The position numbers and the translations under genes are program-made. This document shows positions 36,501-47,663 of a stretch of DNA of 64,000 nucleotides, in pieces. Source of the DNA: Lama glama. Taxonomy: Eukaryota. The stretch spans positions 15,440,001-15,504,000 of the forward strand of contig CM052832.1 in the NCBI GenBank assembly GCA_028534125.1, in the 5' to 3' direction. The notes below the pieces were generated by a model. That model saw only the letters and a list, made by a program, of their open reading frames with translations. It did no database searches and was not told the DNA's origin. How positions within the stretch are numbered: the first letter of the stretch is position 1; every line of letters begins with the position of its first letter.

Positions 36501-39500
36501 ACCAAATATGCACAGGTGTCGGCCTCAAACACCTGCAGCTGCCCCATGGCTAAGAGTTATGTTCACTGTCTCTTAGGGCTCTGCGCACCTGCCAGCCAAA
36601 AGAATGTGTACACTTCCATACCACTGGGATCATGTTACTCCCCTGTTCAGTCCCCTGCAAGGAGTCCCTACTGCCCTTCTCTCCAGGTGGAAACCCCTCT
36701 GCAACAAGTTGCCACCCAGCCCCAGCCTCACCCTACACTCTAGGCTCACTGTGTTGTCAAGGCCCAGCCTCATTTCTGCCCCTATGGTCCCTGGCATGAA
36801 AAGTCCCGCAGCCTCCTCTCTGGTGGATTCCTGCTACGTGACCCCTGGCAAGTTGTTCAGCCGCGTTAAACCAGGGGTCCTCACCACAGGGAACCTGGTT
36901 GCAGGTACAAATGCTGGGTACCATTGCCACTCCTCGGTATGACCAGCCTGACGGGGGCTCAGAGCTCACATTCAGAGGCCTGTGATGAGACCCCTCAGGC
37001 CTACTTTCCTCCTCTCTCACAGCCCCCGCTTCCAGAGAGGAGCCTCCAGCTCCATGTAGAGTGAGCCGGCCTGGGGGCAGACTGCAGGGGCTCCAGCCTT
37101 GTGCTGGTGGATATCAAAGTTCAGAAACCTCCCAGAGCAGAAAGCTGCTGTGACCCCACCCTAAAATCCAGCACCATCACCCCACCCCCAGCCCAAACCT
37201 CGGCCCCACCCACCCATAGCCCCACTGGGCCAAGTCGGGGAGAGGAGGCAGGGACCGGGGGTCAGGAATGTAGGGCAGGGCAGAGCATGAGCAAGTGGCT
37301 ACAGCAGGATTCTTCAAAGTCGATGGAGTTGGAGTCTCAGTGGTGGAACCTGGGGGCCGAGTCTGTCCTCAGGCAACCCCTACACCACCCCTCTCTCCAC
37401 TTCATCCCCCCCATCACTGCCACCACACCCAGCCTGGCCCAGCCTCAGGCCCAAAGGCTGGTCTTACTCCCCACACCCCTAGTACAACACTCTCAGACCC
37501 CTGCGCCACAGGGTCCCTGTTTCCAACTTCACCACCAGAGTGATATGCAGAGTTAGAGAGAGCCTGTGAGGTAAAAGATATGTCTTCCCTTTCTGGGGAC
37601 TTACCCTGAGCGGATAACTGGACAAGTGTTCAGGCATGTGTAGACTAGGATGTTCAGTGCAGATTGTTTAGAATGGCAAAAATTTAGACACAAGCTGAAT
37701 GCTCAGTATTAGAGTAGCTTAAATAAATTAAGGAACATCATACCAGGGGACACCATGCAACCTCAACAGTGGTGGGCTGGCTCAGGAAAATACAGCTTAA
37801 CATATTCCCACAAAAAAGACAGGACACAAGGCCAGATGTGCAGTGTGGTATCGTTTTGTAAGTGTGTGAGTGCATAAAAGGCTAGGAAGACTGTCCAATC
37901 ACAGTGGTATTCCTGATAATTTTTGGTTCGAGTTTTTCAAATTTCCTCCATGGAGCATATATTATTTTTTAATCAGGAAAATAATACATATTTTCAAAAT
38001 CTGCATGGATTGGCCAAGCGGAGACCCTGTCTTGGGGCACAGGACAAGGGTAAGTCCAACATCTCATTCCAGTGAAATCACAATTAAATGAAAGCCAAGG
38101 GCAGGTCTGAAATCTGCCCAGGGAAAGCAGTCTGCACTGGAGGGGTGGTGCCCCCTCCTGGAATTACATGTGTCTCAGAGACTTGAGGCTCAAAAGGCCC
38201 TGACGGACCATCTCTCCCAGCTCTCCACTGTACAGACTAAAAGAGACCGCACCTTGCCTTGGTTGCCAGTGACTAATTTCCCAGTGACTAGAACAGTGCC
38301 TGGCACACAGTAGGCAGATGTTTGTTGAATGACTTGATGAAGTCTGATGAAGGCTAAAAGATGGGCTCTCTGGACCAAGGGGCAGGCAGACCCAACAGGT
38401 AGGCTTCCTCGCAGCCCTCAGAAGGGATTCCCACCCCAGGTATAGAATAAAATCACTGGGAAGCTTTAAAAATCTTACCCTCAGACCCCAGCTCTAGAAA
38501 TTTTGATACAGTTGGTCTGATTTGGGTCTTGGGAGACAGAATATTTTCAAAGACCCCACGGGGATTCTCAGGTGCAAAAAGAGCACCTTGGAGGACATCC
38601 AGACTGATGGAAACACACTTTGAGAAGGCAGGGCCTTGCAAAAATCAAAGCAGTTAGTGACAAGGCAAAAGAGCCATGCTCCTGGAGCTCCTGACCCTGA
38701 AGACCTGGGGCTTCCTCCACATCTACCTCTACATTTTCTGGGTCTAGTGCCCACCCTCCTGGAGAAGCAGGTCAGGCTGGAAGGGGGACAGGGAACCCCA
38801 AGGGGGGCACTTCTGACTCTACTCCCCGTGATCATCCAGCCCCGGGTGACACAGGTTCAGAGGCCCTGAGAGCCCCACATGGTGCTCCAAGGCCCAGCCA
38901 TGCATGGGCAAAGGCAATCTGATGATCTTGGGAGCTCAACTGCCAAACCCCAATTCACCTGCACTCCCCAGCTTATCCCAGTGGTCTGGGGGCTGCCCCT
39001 CCAGGCACTTATAAAAGATCTTCAAGAAACTGGGTGTGGGACTCTGAGGGGCCTACCCTGTACACTCAGGGCCAGTTCTCCACTGCCACTGGCCGGGAAC
39101 CATATTAAGGCCCCAATCTGCCAATGTCGCCCTGGCCTCTGCTGCCCCCAACCCCGGGATAAGGGACAAGGCAGTGTCCCTGGCCATGCACTCCTGCCAA
39201 GAACAGGCGTGGGCCTGCCTTCCCTTCCCAGCCGAGGTCTCAACCTGCTCCAGAATCCACTCCCCAGACCCCTCCCGTCATCCCAACCCAGAGTTAATAT
39301 ACAATCTTCACCAGGAACACTAATTATCCAGGCAGCTCTAATTGGCTTCCTCCTCTTTGCTCTGCCGAGCCTGGCTGGAATTTGAAGGCTGCCCCAGACT
39401 CCCTCCTCCACCAATGCCCCACCTTCCCACCTCCCCACCTCCTGGCTGAGCCAGCCCTGCTGTCCATCAAAGCTACTCCAATCTTCATCAAATTCATTTC

Positions 39501-40946
39501 GACCAGCCCTTGGAATAGCCTGGGAACTCAGTCAAATCAGCCCCCAGGGTTCACAGACTTGGGCACCAACAGCCAGGGTGAAGGCAAAGGGGACCAGATT
39601 TGAGGATGGAGGCAGAAAGATTCTGGCAAGGTTGGAGCAAAGAGAGAATCACATAGAGCAATACTTCTCTTTAAGACACCAAATCCCCTGGAAATCAAAA
39701 TGCAGATTCTGATTCAGTAGGACAGGCAAGAGTCTGAGATTTTGTATTTTCTAACAAAATTCTAGGTGTGTTGATGCTGCTAACCAAGGACTATACTTAG
39801 AGTAGCATTGACTTACAGTGTTTAGAAATCATTCTTTCATTGACTCAAGTCCTGAGGAGGAGGGACCCACAACTCCCTTACTCGCCACTGAGTCCCCAGT
39901 ACCCAGTACAACGCCTGAGAGGATGAACTGGGTAATTAATTAGTTAATCCTGGCAAAGTGCCCCGTGTTAGATGGCCCTACAGAGAAACCTCTAACTAAT
40001 CATAAAACCACACAATTAACACCAGAGAGGAATTTGTATAAAGCAGTACGAAGCCCAGAGGAAAAGGGGTTAATTCTGCCAGGTTGGGGGAGGGGGCCTG
40101 GATCTCACAAAAGAGGCCTCCTTGGCTAGGCCTTAGAGGGTGGGTCAGATTTACTCAGGTGGAGACCGGCTGAAGGGCGGGGGCAACACAGGAGCAAAGG
40201 TAAAGAAACCGAGAGCAAGAGAGAGCCAGGGCAGATTCCAGGAATCCGGAGTAGTGTGATACACCCGGAGCATCGGGGTGCGAGGAGGGAGGTGAAAAAA
40301 AAAAACAAACAGAAAGTTAAGTTGGGGCCAGCACATGCCAGTGCTGGAATGCCTAACTGGGAGGGTGGGCGTCCATCGCTGGAAAGTTGGGAGCTGCTGA
40401 AGGTGTCTGCCCAAGGAACTGGCACCCTGGAGTAGAAGGACTCTCGGGGGTCACCAGGTCCTGCTTCAGGATGAAACTGGACTGGAGGAAGCGGCTTCCT
40501 GGGGCAGGAAGGGCCAAGGCAGGAGAGAGCCATGTTAGGAAGCAGTAGAGGGAATCCCTTGTGAGGGGATGAGGCCTGTGTGGAGGGTAGAATAGGATGT
40601 TTCCCTTGATTCAGAGAGATCTCACGGGGGCTTAAAAAAATCCACATTGGGTGCACAGCTCTGAGCCAGGCACTAAGCAACAGAGATGATTATTTCCCAA
40701 AAGCCCCTCCAGACCCCAGGAGGGAGCTTCCACCATCTGCCCCAACGCCCCCCACAGCCCCACACTCTCTGCTCCTTCCCTCCACCTTAACAGAGGTGCC
40801 TCCTCGGTGCTGGCCTGGGGCCTCAAGCAGCAGCCCTGGCCAGAGGGGCGGTCAGGCCCCTGGGCATTGCTCTCAGGGAGGCCCGTACAGATGCTGAGCC
40901 AGGTGTGGCTCACCCCTATCTTTTGAGCAAGAGAAGCCAGATCCAG

Positions 40947-41079
40947 GGGGGAGGGTATAGCTCAGTGGTAGAGTGCATGCCCAGCATGCGTGTGGTCCTG
41001 AGTTCAATCCCCAGTACTTCCATTAAAAATATAAATAAACCTGATTATCTCCCCATCAAAAAAATTAAAAAAAAAAAAG
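40947..41079 (+). mobile_element. tRNA-derived SINE (Vic-1-like) with ~17-bp TSD
   Basis: Intact A/B boxes; TSD AGAGAAGYCAGAYCCAG at 40930-40946 and 41080-41096. Confidence 0.92.
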
Positions 41080-42383
41080 AGAGAAGTCAGACCCAGTGGG
41101 AAGAGGACCCAGTGGGAAGAGGACAAGGGCAGGCATTCCATCTCTGAATGGGGAGGGGAACGAGGAGGCCTGGAGGGTGATGAGATAAGGAGAGCAAGGT
41201 ATGCTGGAATTCCCAGTCTGAGTCCCCCGAAGGCTGAGCCAGCTCTCCAACTCTGGCAATCCGATTGGATTCCCTTTCCTATAGGACTAAAGCTAAACTC
41301 CCAAAAAGACACCAAGGGAAGCCAGGTGACTCCCACCTCCCAAGCTCAGGGTGAGCCAGCCCTGGGCTGAGGGTGCTAAGGCTGTCCCCCAAAGCCCCGG
41401 GACAGGAGGCACCTTGTTAGCTGGCTGGAGTCCAGATAAGTAGGGTCAGCAGAAAAGGGTAGGTTTATCCTAAAAAAACAGCTGAGGGTGGTGGGGAAGA
41501 TGAGACAACTTAACACTAGTCCTCAGACTGAAACTGTGACAAAGGTAGCAGGCCCTGCCCTGAAGCTGGGCTGGAGGTGGAGAAACGACTCTAACCTCCA
41601 CCCCCAGCAACTCACTCAAGGGCTCCCCCAAAGATAAACCCATTCTCTCTGCCTAATTCTTTCCCTGCTCTATACCAGCTTCAGGCCTGGTTCTCTCCAG
41701 GGACCTGAATTGATTCTCTGCTTATCCAGACCCTGGGAGGTGGCAGCCAGAATTAATTAATGTTTGTAAAGTGCTCCAGAGATCCTGGGACCAGGGACCA
41801 AGGGGCGCCAGATGAGCTGCGCAGGAAATTGACAGGGAGAGGCCGGGAGAAGGGGGCAGCTGGCCAGGACCTGGGACGCCTGGAAGGGGAGGGCTGAGAA
41901 GACACTCCTAGTGACGGGGGCGGGGCAGGAGAGAGCTAAGAGGAAAAGGTGAGACCCTTCAAAGGAGCGACAGGTCTGTAACTAGAGGACTCCAGCTCCC
42001 GGCTGAGCCTACCCACCCATCAGCCATCCCCAGAGCCGGTCAAGTCCAGGCCCGGATGCCTTTCCCCAACTAAGCCCCAGTCACCCAACTGCCCCCGCCC
42101 AAGGACCACCTGCAGAGGAAGTCTCGGCCTCCCCGCCCCTTCTGAAGAAAGGCGAGCGCGCGAGGGTGGAGGCTTCCGACGGGAGGCAAGGCGCCCAACT
42201 CCTACCTGGGCAAACATTTCACTTCCTTTCTCTGAAAGAAGGAGGCGAGCCGCTCCCCCGCTCTTTAAAGCTAGGGACGTTCAGATCCTCTGTCGGCTGG
42301 CGGCGGCAGGACGCCCGCAACTGCCATCAGGGCTCACGGCGCCCCATTCCCGCCCGCTCCTGCCTAGAACTCCGCTCACTCAC

Positions 42384-42472
42384 CCCAAAGTGCTGATGAA
42401 GCCATTGACGGAGCCCTCGGCGTACAGGGAGACGATGTCCCCGATGTGGAGGAAGCTGGACATCTCGCTCAT
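42384..42472 (-). CDS. ITPR3: ITPR3 coding exon 1 (89 bp; [30 protein letters not shown])
   Basis: GTAGCCATGAGC start context; donor GG|GTGAGT. Confidence 0.98.
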
Positions 42473-42719
42473 GGCTACGGCCCTCCGGAGAGCCGGGGCG
42501 GTGGGGGCGCCTAGGGGCGTGCGTCCAGGCTCGGTGCGGAGGGCGGAGATGACCCGGGAGGCCGAGAGGGGCGCACCCCCACCTCTGAGCCCGGCGCTCG
42601 ACGCGGCCGAGGCCGGTTAGCAGCCCCCGGGGCGGAAGGCGGCGCGGCGCGGCCCGGGAGCCGGTGGTGGCGTCCGGATAAGGAGGTGCCCGCGTCTTGG
42701 CGCACCCGCCGCCCGCCCT

Positions 42720-42748
42720 CCCGGCCCGGCCCGGCCCGGCCCGGCCCG
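42720..42748 (+). repeat. (CCCGG)~6 pentanucleotide repeat in the ITPR3 5' region
   Basis: Direct read. Confidence 0.9.
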
Positions 42749-43462
42749 CGCGTACCTGCGGCGTAGAAGAGCAGGAAGTCTGGGGCCGCCACACACACAT
42801 GCAAATCCCGCCCGGGAGGCGGGGAAGCCACACCCCGTCCCCCCTCCCCGCGGCCCGCCCGCGGGCACCCACGTGCGCCGGCGCGCCCCTCGCGTGTCCG
42901 GAGCCCAGCCTCCCGAACGATGGGCCGGACGGCTGCCCCGCGCGATTCCAAGGGATCCTGGGGCTCCAGCGAGCTCCCAGGACAGATTTCCAGCTCCAGC
43001 GAGTCCCCAGCCAGACTCGCCTAACTGCCATCCCCGGGAGGCCCAGAGGTAGTGGGGGCTCTCCGCCCTCGAGGTTCCCCGAACCGTCTACTCCACTACC
43101 CACGGGTCGCTGAGAGCCAGTGCTGGCGCCCGCGAAAAGGGGGAGTCCAGCTCCCCAGCGGGTGCTACCTTGAGCGGCGCGCAAAATACGCGTCCCGGTC
43201 GCGGTCGCCCTCCGCGCCCAGCTGAGAGCCGTCTTGCCCCGAGAGACGCGCTCATTCCTTTGCAGCGCAAATTAGGATTCATTTTTCTCAACGTGAGAAG
43301 CCTTTCCATTGCACAATAGAAAGTGCTCGCGCTTGGAGGGGAAATGAAGCAATGGGGTGGGTTTTGTTTTTTTCTCTCCGCATTCCTGTGTACAAAGAGA
43401 TCCAACTTCCGAATCAGTTCAGCCGCTCCCTCTCCAGGAGTTGGCTCCAAAACTCTTGGCTC

Positions 43463-43499
43463 CTTCTTCTTCTTCTTCTTCTTTTTTTTTTTTTTTTTT
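43463..43499 (+). repeat. (CTT)n plus poly-T tract upstream of the ITPR3 promoter
   Basis: Direct read. Confidence 0.9.
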
Positions 43500-45417
43500 C
43501 GTAAGGAGGGAGGTGGGCGGGAGTGAAAGCTACCTAAGCTAATTAATAGAGCAACCGAGCGCCAACAATGCCAAGGCCGGTGCCGGTCCTCTGGGAGTGA
43601 CCCGCTGCAGTGTCGCCGCCAAGCTCTTGCTCACGAAGTCCTGTCCTCAAACGCACGTCCCCAGCTCGCCTACTTTCTGTTCTGTTCCCGGGTGCTTGAG
43701 TGTTTGCTTCCTAGTTCTTTTATTTTAGCTTCTGGGATGGAGTGCCCCCCAACCCCCATTCGATCACGTTTACTCCCTTCCGAACCCCCACCCCAACCCG
43801 GACTTCCTGGGAAGGGGGAGGCTTGTCCCTGGGAGAAAGGGAGGAGGGGACTGAGAACTGAAGCAGGAAGAAGAAAGACTTGGGGTGAGGTGAGGAAGCT
43901 AAGTGCAAAGAGACAGTGTGGCTTTTTCACCGAGACCCCTAGAATGTGGGCGGGAAGGCCACCTTCAGGATTGCTGAGTTCAGTATTTTACAGACTTTTC
44001 ACCAGGACCAAATAAAGTTCACAGTAACAAATAAATTTTACATCAAACCAATCTGCACCTTCATCTATATAGAAGAAAACAATAGTTTCACAAAACAATA
44101 CTTAACCTTATGACCTGTGATTGCACTCCCATAGTTTCTGTTCTATTTGTGTTTTGTTCTGCTTTGTTTTTTAATACTGTGAATCACTAAATTGCTCTGT
44201 TAAATGTATGAAATGGCTTGCAAATTGTAGTTTGAAAAATCTCACCCAGGCCACTCTGCCAAAAAGAGATGACCGAAGCCCAGAGGAGGAGAACCAAACC
44301 TCAAGGTCATGCAGCCAGTTCATGGCAACTGGAACCAGAATCCCAGCCCCTAACCCCTAGCCCTGACTGCCAGCCCAGTACTCTCTCCACTGCCTCACAG
44401 GGCACTAGAGCCTCAGCTGTCCATCCCTGGAGCCAGACTCTGGAATGGCTTCACTTGCTCCCAGAAGTCAGGCCTCCACTGCATTTCCTGCAAACAGAAG
44501 ATAAATTTATGCATTCGTTTCATAAGCACTCATCAAAATCCTACTATGTGCTGGGCCTCTGCTGGGAACCAGGCTCTCATCCAGCCACTAGCCTCAGCCC
44601 AATTGCCTTTTCCCCTTCTCCAGACAGAGATGATGAATAGGAAGGTGCTGGAAACACCCCCTTTAGTGGCTGAACTCTGGACTTGTGCCTTCCTTGCTGC
44701 AGCCACATCCAGGGGTCCATGTCCTTCCCCTCCTGAGATCAAACAGATAGATGGTTCCCTAACTCAGCCAAGGTCTTAAAGCCAGGAACTGGAAGTCTGG
44801 CCTACCTTACCCAAAGCACACGTTGCTTGTTATCCGTCCACATCCAGGCTGGGAGAGCCCTGAGCCTCTCTCTTGTCCCTCTACCATCCAGGAGGACTCA
44901 GGGGCGAGGAGCACAACTCATCCAACTAAGAAGTCCAGGTAGGGATGCCACTGGCAGCCTCCTACCACTCGCACTGCTTCTGAGTATTCTTCTGGTCAAT
45001 GATATCCATGCTGTGTTCCCAGAGGAGCCACCCAGGGGCTCTGGGCCCCTGGTCACCTTCCTCTGCAAAATCAACTCAACTGTTAGCCTTTTCTTTTTTC
45101 ACAATTAAAAACAATTTTAATAGCATATTTCCATCTCTGCTTTTTGCAAGAAATGGAAATACATATGAGACAGATATCAGAAAATAGGTACAATTATAAT
45201 TCAGTGAAACGAATGAAAGCAGATTTATAAATGCCTAAAATTAGTCAAACTTTGTTATAGAACAGAAAGAGAAATCTAGCTAATGGCCCACTTGTTCCAA
45301 ATATTATTAAAAACAGAATTGTCACAAACACACACACAAAAAAACCCATTTTGTTTTGGTTATTTCAACTGTACAGTGGTCCTCGTTAAAAGGGAATAAA
45401 GAAAAATACAGAAAAAG

Positions 45418-45470
45418 TTTTTTTTTTAATTTTGGGGGGAGGTAATTAGGTTTATTTATTTAATTTTTTG
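45418..45470 (-). mobile_element. 5'-truncated SINE tail (Vic-1-like)
   Basis: GGGGGGAGGTAATTAGGTTTATTTATT matches the tail of the other copies; no tRNA head. Confidence 0.6.
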
Positions 45471-47619
45471 ATTTGGGTGGGTATTGTTTCCTATAGTTTT
45501 TATGTTTGTATGACATATGGATGTATCCATAAACAATGTATGCTATCACTCTGCAGGCTTTTACCTTTTATATAAGTGGTATCACCCTGCATGCATCCTC
45601 TAATACATGGAGCAAAGGCATGATAGTCCACTTCCTGACCACATCACAATTTGCTTATCTGTTTTGTCTGTGACCATGAAAGCTCTATCTAGGTTTTGGC
45701 TATTACAACAATGTTGCAGTGAACATTCTTGTCTCCTTGTGCAAACACATGGGTGTCTCCAGGGAAAGCCCTGTTCAAACTATGGACTGGGACATATTCA
45801 TAGGTCATGAAATCAATTTAGTGGATAAAGATCACCATTTTTAAAACTCAACTCTGATTAGAAAAGAATGTGCATCACATGGCATCAGGGTCACTATTAG
45901 GGTGAAAGCTGTGTCTGTCGTGAGTATGAGGTGTGTGTATTCTGGATCACAGTGTGTGCTTTTTGAGGATATCTGTCCAAAAGTTTGAAAAACTCTACTC
46001 TAGAGTGAGAACTTAGGAAGCAGAATTGCTAGATCACAGGCAAGGTGCATTGCCAACTTCCTAGGAATTGAAGAACTGTGCTCCAAAGTGGCCGTTCTAA
46101 CTCACCCTCTCACCAGCCACTAGAACTGTGCCCCTGAGCCATGCCCTCACCAACGCTTGGTACTGTCAGACTTTCCAGCATGGGGTTTCTTTGTTCCCCC
46201 ACTATCAGAGAATATACCACAGGCATCTTGAATTGTAAAGATCTCTCTCTTTTTTGGCCTCCCCCACTAGACCATACGTTCCTGGATGGAGGAAGCTGTG
46301 TCTACTTCACTTTGTATTTCCAGACCAGGCCTGATACATAGTAAATGCTCAACACATTTGAACAGAATTGAAATGTCAAAGAGAAAGGGGATGGAGAAAG
46401 TATATCAATTATAGCAGGAGATAAAGGGAGACTGTGGGAGCCCCACTCATGGTACCAGGTACCTGCATCCCCAGGTGGGAGGTGGGAGCTTCCAAGGATG
46501 CTCTAAGCATTTGGAAAGGAGAACTCAAGGGCCCCAGCCCTCCTGAGTGGCTTGAGTGGGATGCTTTTAAGCTAAAGCCAAGTTCAGGCCCAGGAAGGAG
46601 GCTATCACTATCCCCATGGCAACTGGTTTACCTGGTTCAGGCCCCAACCTCAATGGCTGGGTATCCCCAGCACCTACCTCCCAAGGGAGCCTCTCCTAGA
46701 GGGAAAACAAAGGGGATGGGACACTCTGGTCAGAAACCCCGAACTCAGGATTTACAGGGAGCCAGTGACTGCAGGGGTCTCTAGGAGGGGAACTGAGAAC
46801 TGAGGGGCAGGGACTGGATTGGAGGAAATTACTTTTTACCATGTCTCTTTTTTAACTTTTGAATTTTGGACTATGTGGATGTTTAACATATAACCAAAAT
46901 TAAAGATGTTCACCCCCAAACTCCATGCACCAGCAGGAATTCCTCCAGAAAACCCACCTCTACTCGTCCAATCCAGGCCTGAGAGTGGAGGACGCAGGGT
47001 GGTGGTGCTCAGACTCCCTCCCTAGACTCAGAGGGAACACAGCGTGTGTTCTGAGGAGTGTGGACGATAAGACAACTGGAGCACAGGGAGGGGCTACCAG
47101 CTCTCAGTCCCAGGCCCCCTTCACCAGTATGTTCCCCTGCCTACCCCCAACCATGACTGCCTTCTAGAGACTTATCCCCAGCTCTGCTGTGTGACTGCAG
47201 AGGGTACAGACCTCTCTAGATCTCAGGTTCCTTTTTGTAAACAGAGTTCACATCACCTTTCCAGATTTACCCTTGGCTCTGACTGTTCTTGAAGCTCTGA
47301 CTGGGACTGGGAAGAGTAGGAACATCTCCCCCACATGAGCTGTGCCATCTCCTGGTTTGGGGCAGATAACAGGGAGCCCTCAAGGGCTTCCTCTGCCCCT
47401 CACTCCTGACAGGCAGCCAGGCCAGAAGGGGAGGGGCGGAGTCGGGCCAGAAGGGCTGACTCAGTACAGCAGCTACCCTGCCCGGTCACCAGGGCACCCC
47501 ACCCACCGCCCGCTGGGGTTCCCAGAGAATTCCTTCCCCATGCCATAAGCTGCCCTGGGCAGGCACCCCAGCCCACAGGAACCACTGAGCCCCAGCCAGG
47601 GCTGCCCTCCCCACGAGCC

Positions 47620-47628
47620 CACACACAC

Positions 47629-47661
<33 letters not shown>
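47620..47661 (+). repeat. (CA)n microsatellite
   Basis: Direct read. Confidence 0.95.

Positions 47662-47663
<2 letters not shown>

Larger units (their letters stand above)
249..42472 (-). other. ITPR3: ITPR3 gene, 5' part (coding exons 1-25; continues past left edge of window)
   Basis: Spliced translation [73 protein letters not shown]...QEAMHTFKQ matches IP3R type 3. All visible introns are GT-AG and phases are consistent. Confidence 0.99.
42100..43330 (-). promoter_or_regulatory. ITPR3 promoter / 5' CpG island
   Basis: Very CpG-dense region spanning exon 1. Contains GC boxes, ETS CAGGAAGT (42772-42779), octamer ATGCAAAT (42799-42806), E-box CACGTG (42870-42875), E2F-like CCCGCGAAAA (~43129) and C/EBP ATTGCACAAT (43308-43317). 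Confidence 0.9.

Noticed and set aside
40947..41025. tRNA-like sequence (also at 535, 11022, 24258, 25414, 51916)
   Set aside because: A-rich tails, TSDs and divergence show these are SINEs, not tRNA genes.
41091..41122. 16-bp tandem duplication ACCCAGTGGGAAGAGG x2
   Set aside because: Simple local duplication beside a SINE insertion site; no sign of function.
42327..43184. 285-aa minus-strand ORF overlapping the ITPR3 start, with an internal out-of-frame ATG at 42800
   Set aside because: CpG-island artefact; TSS unknown, so a uORF cannot be supported.
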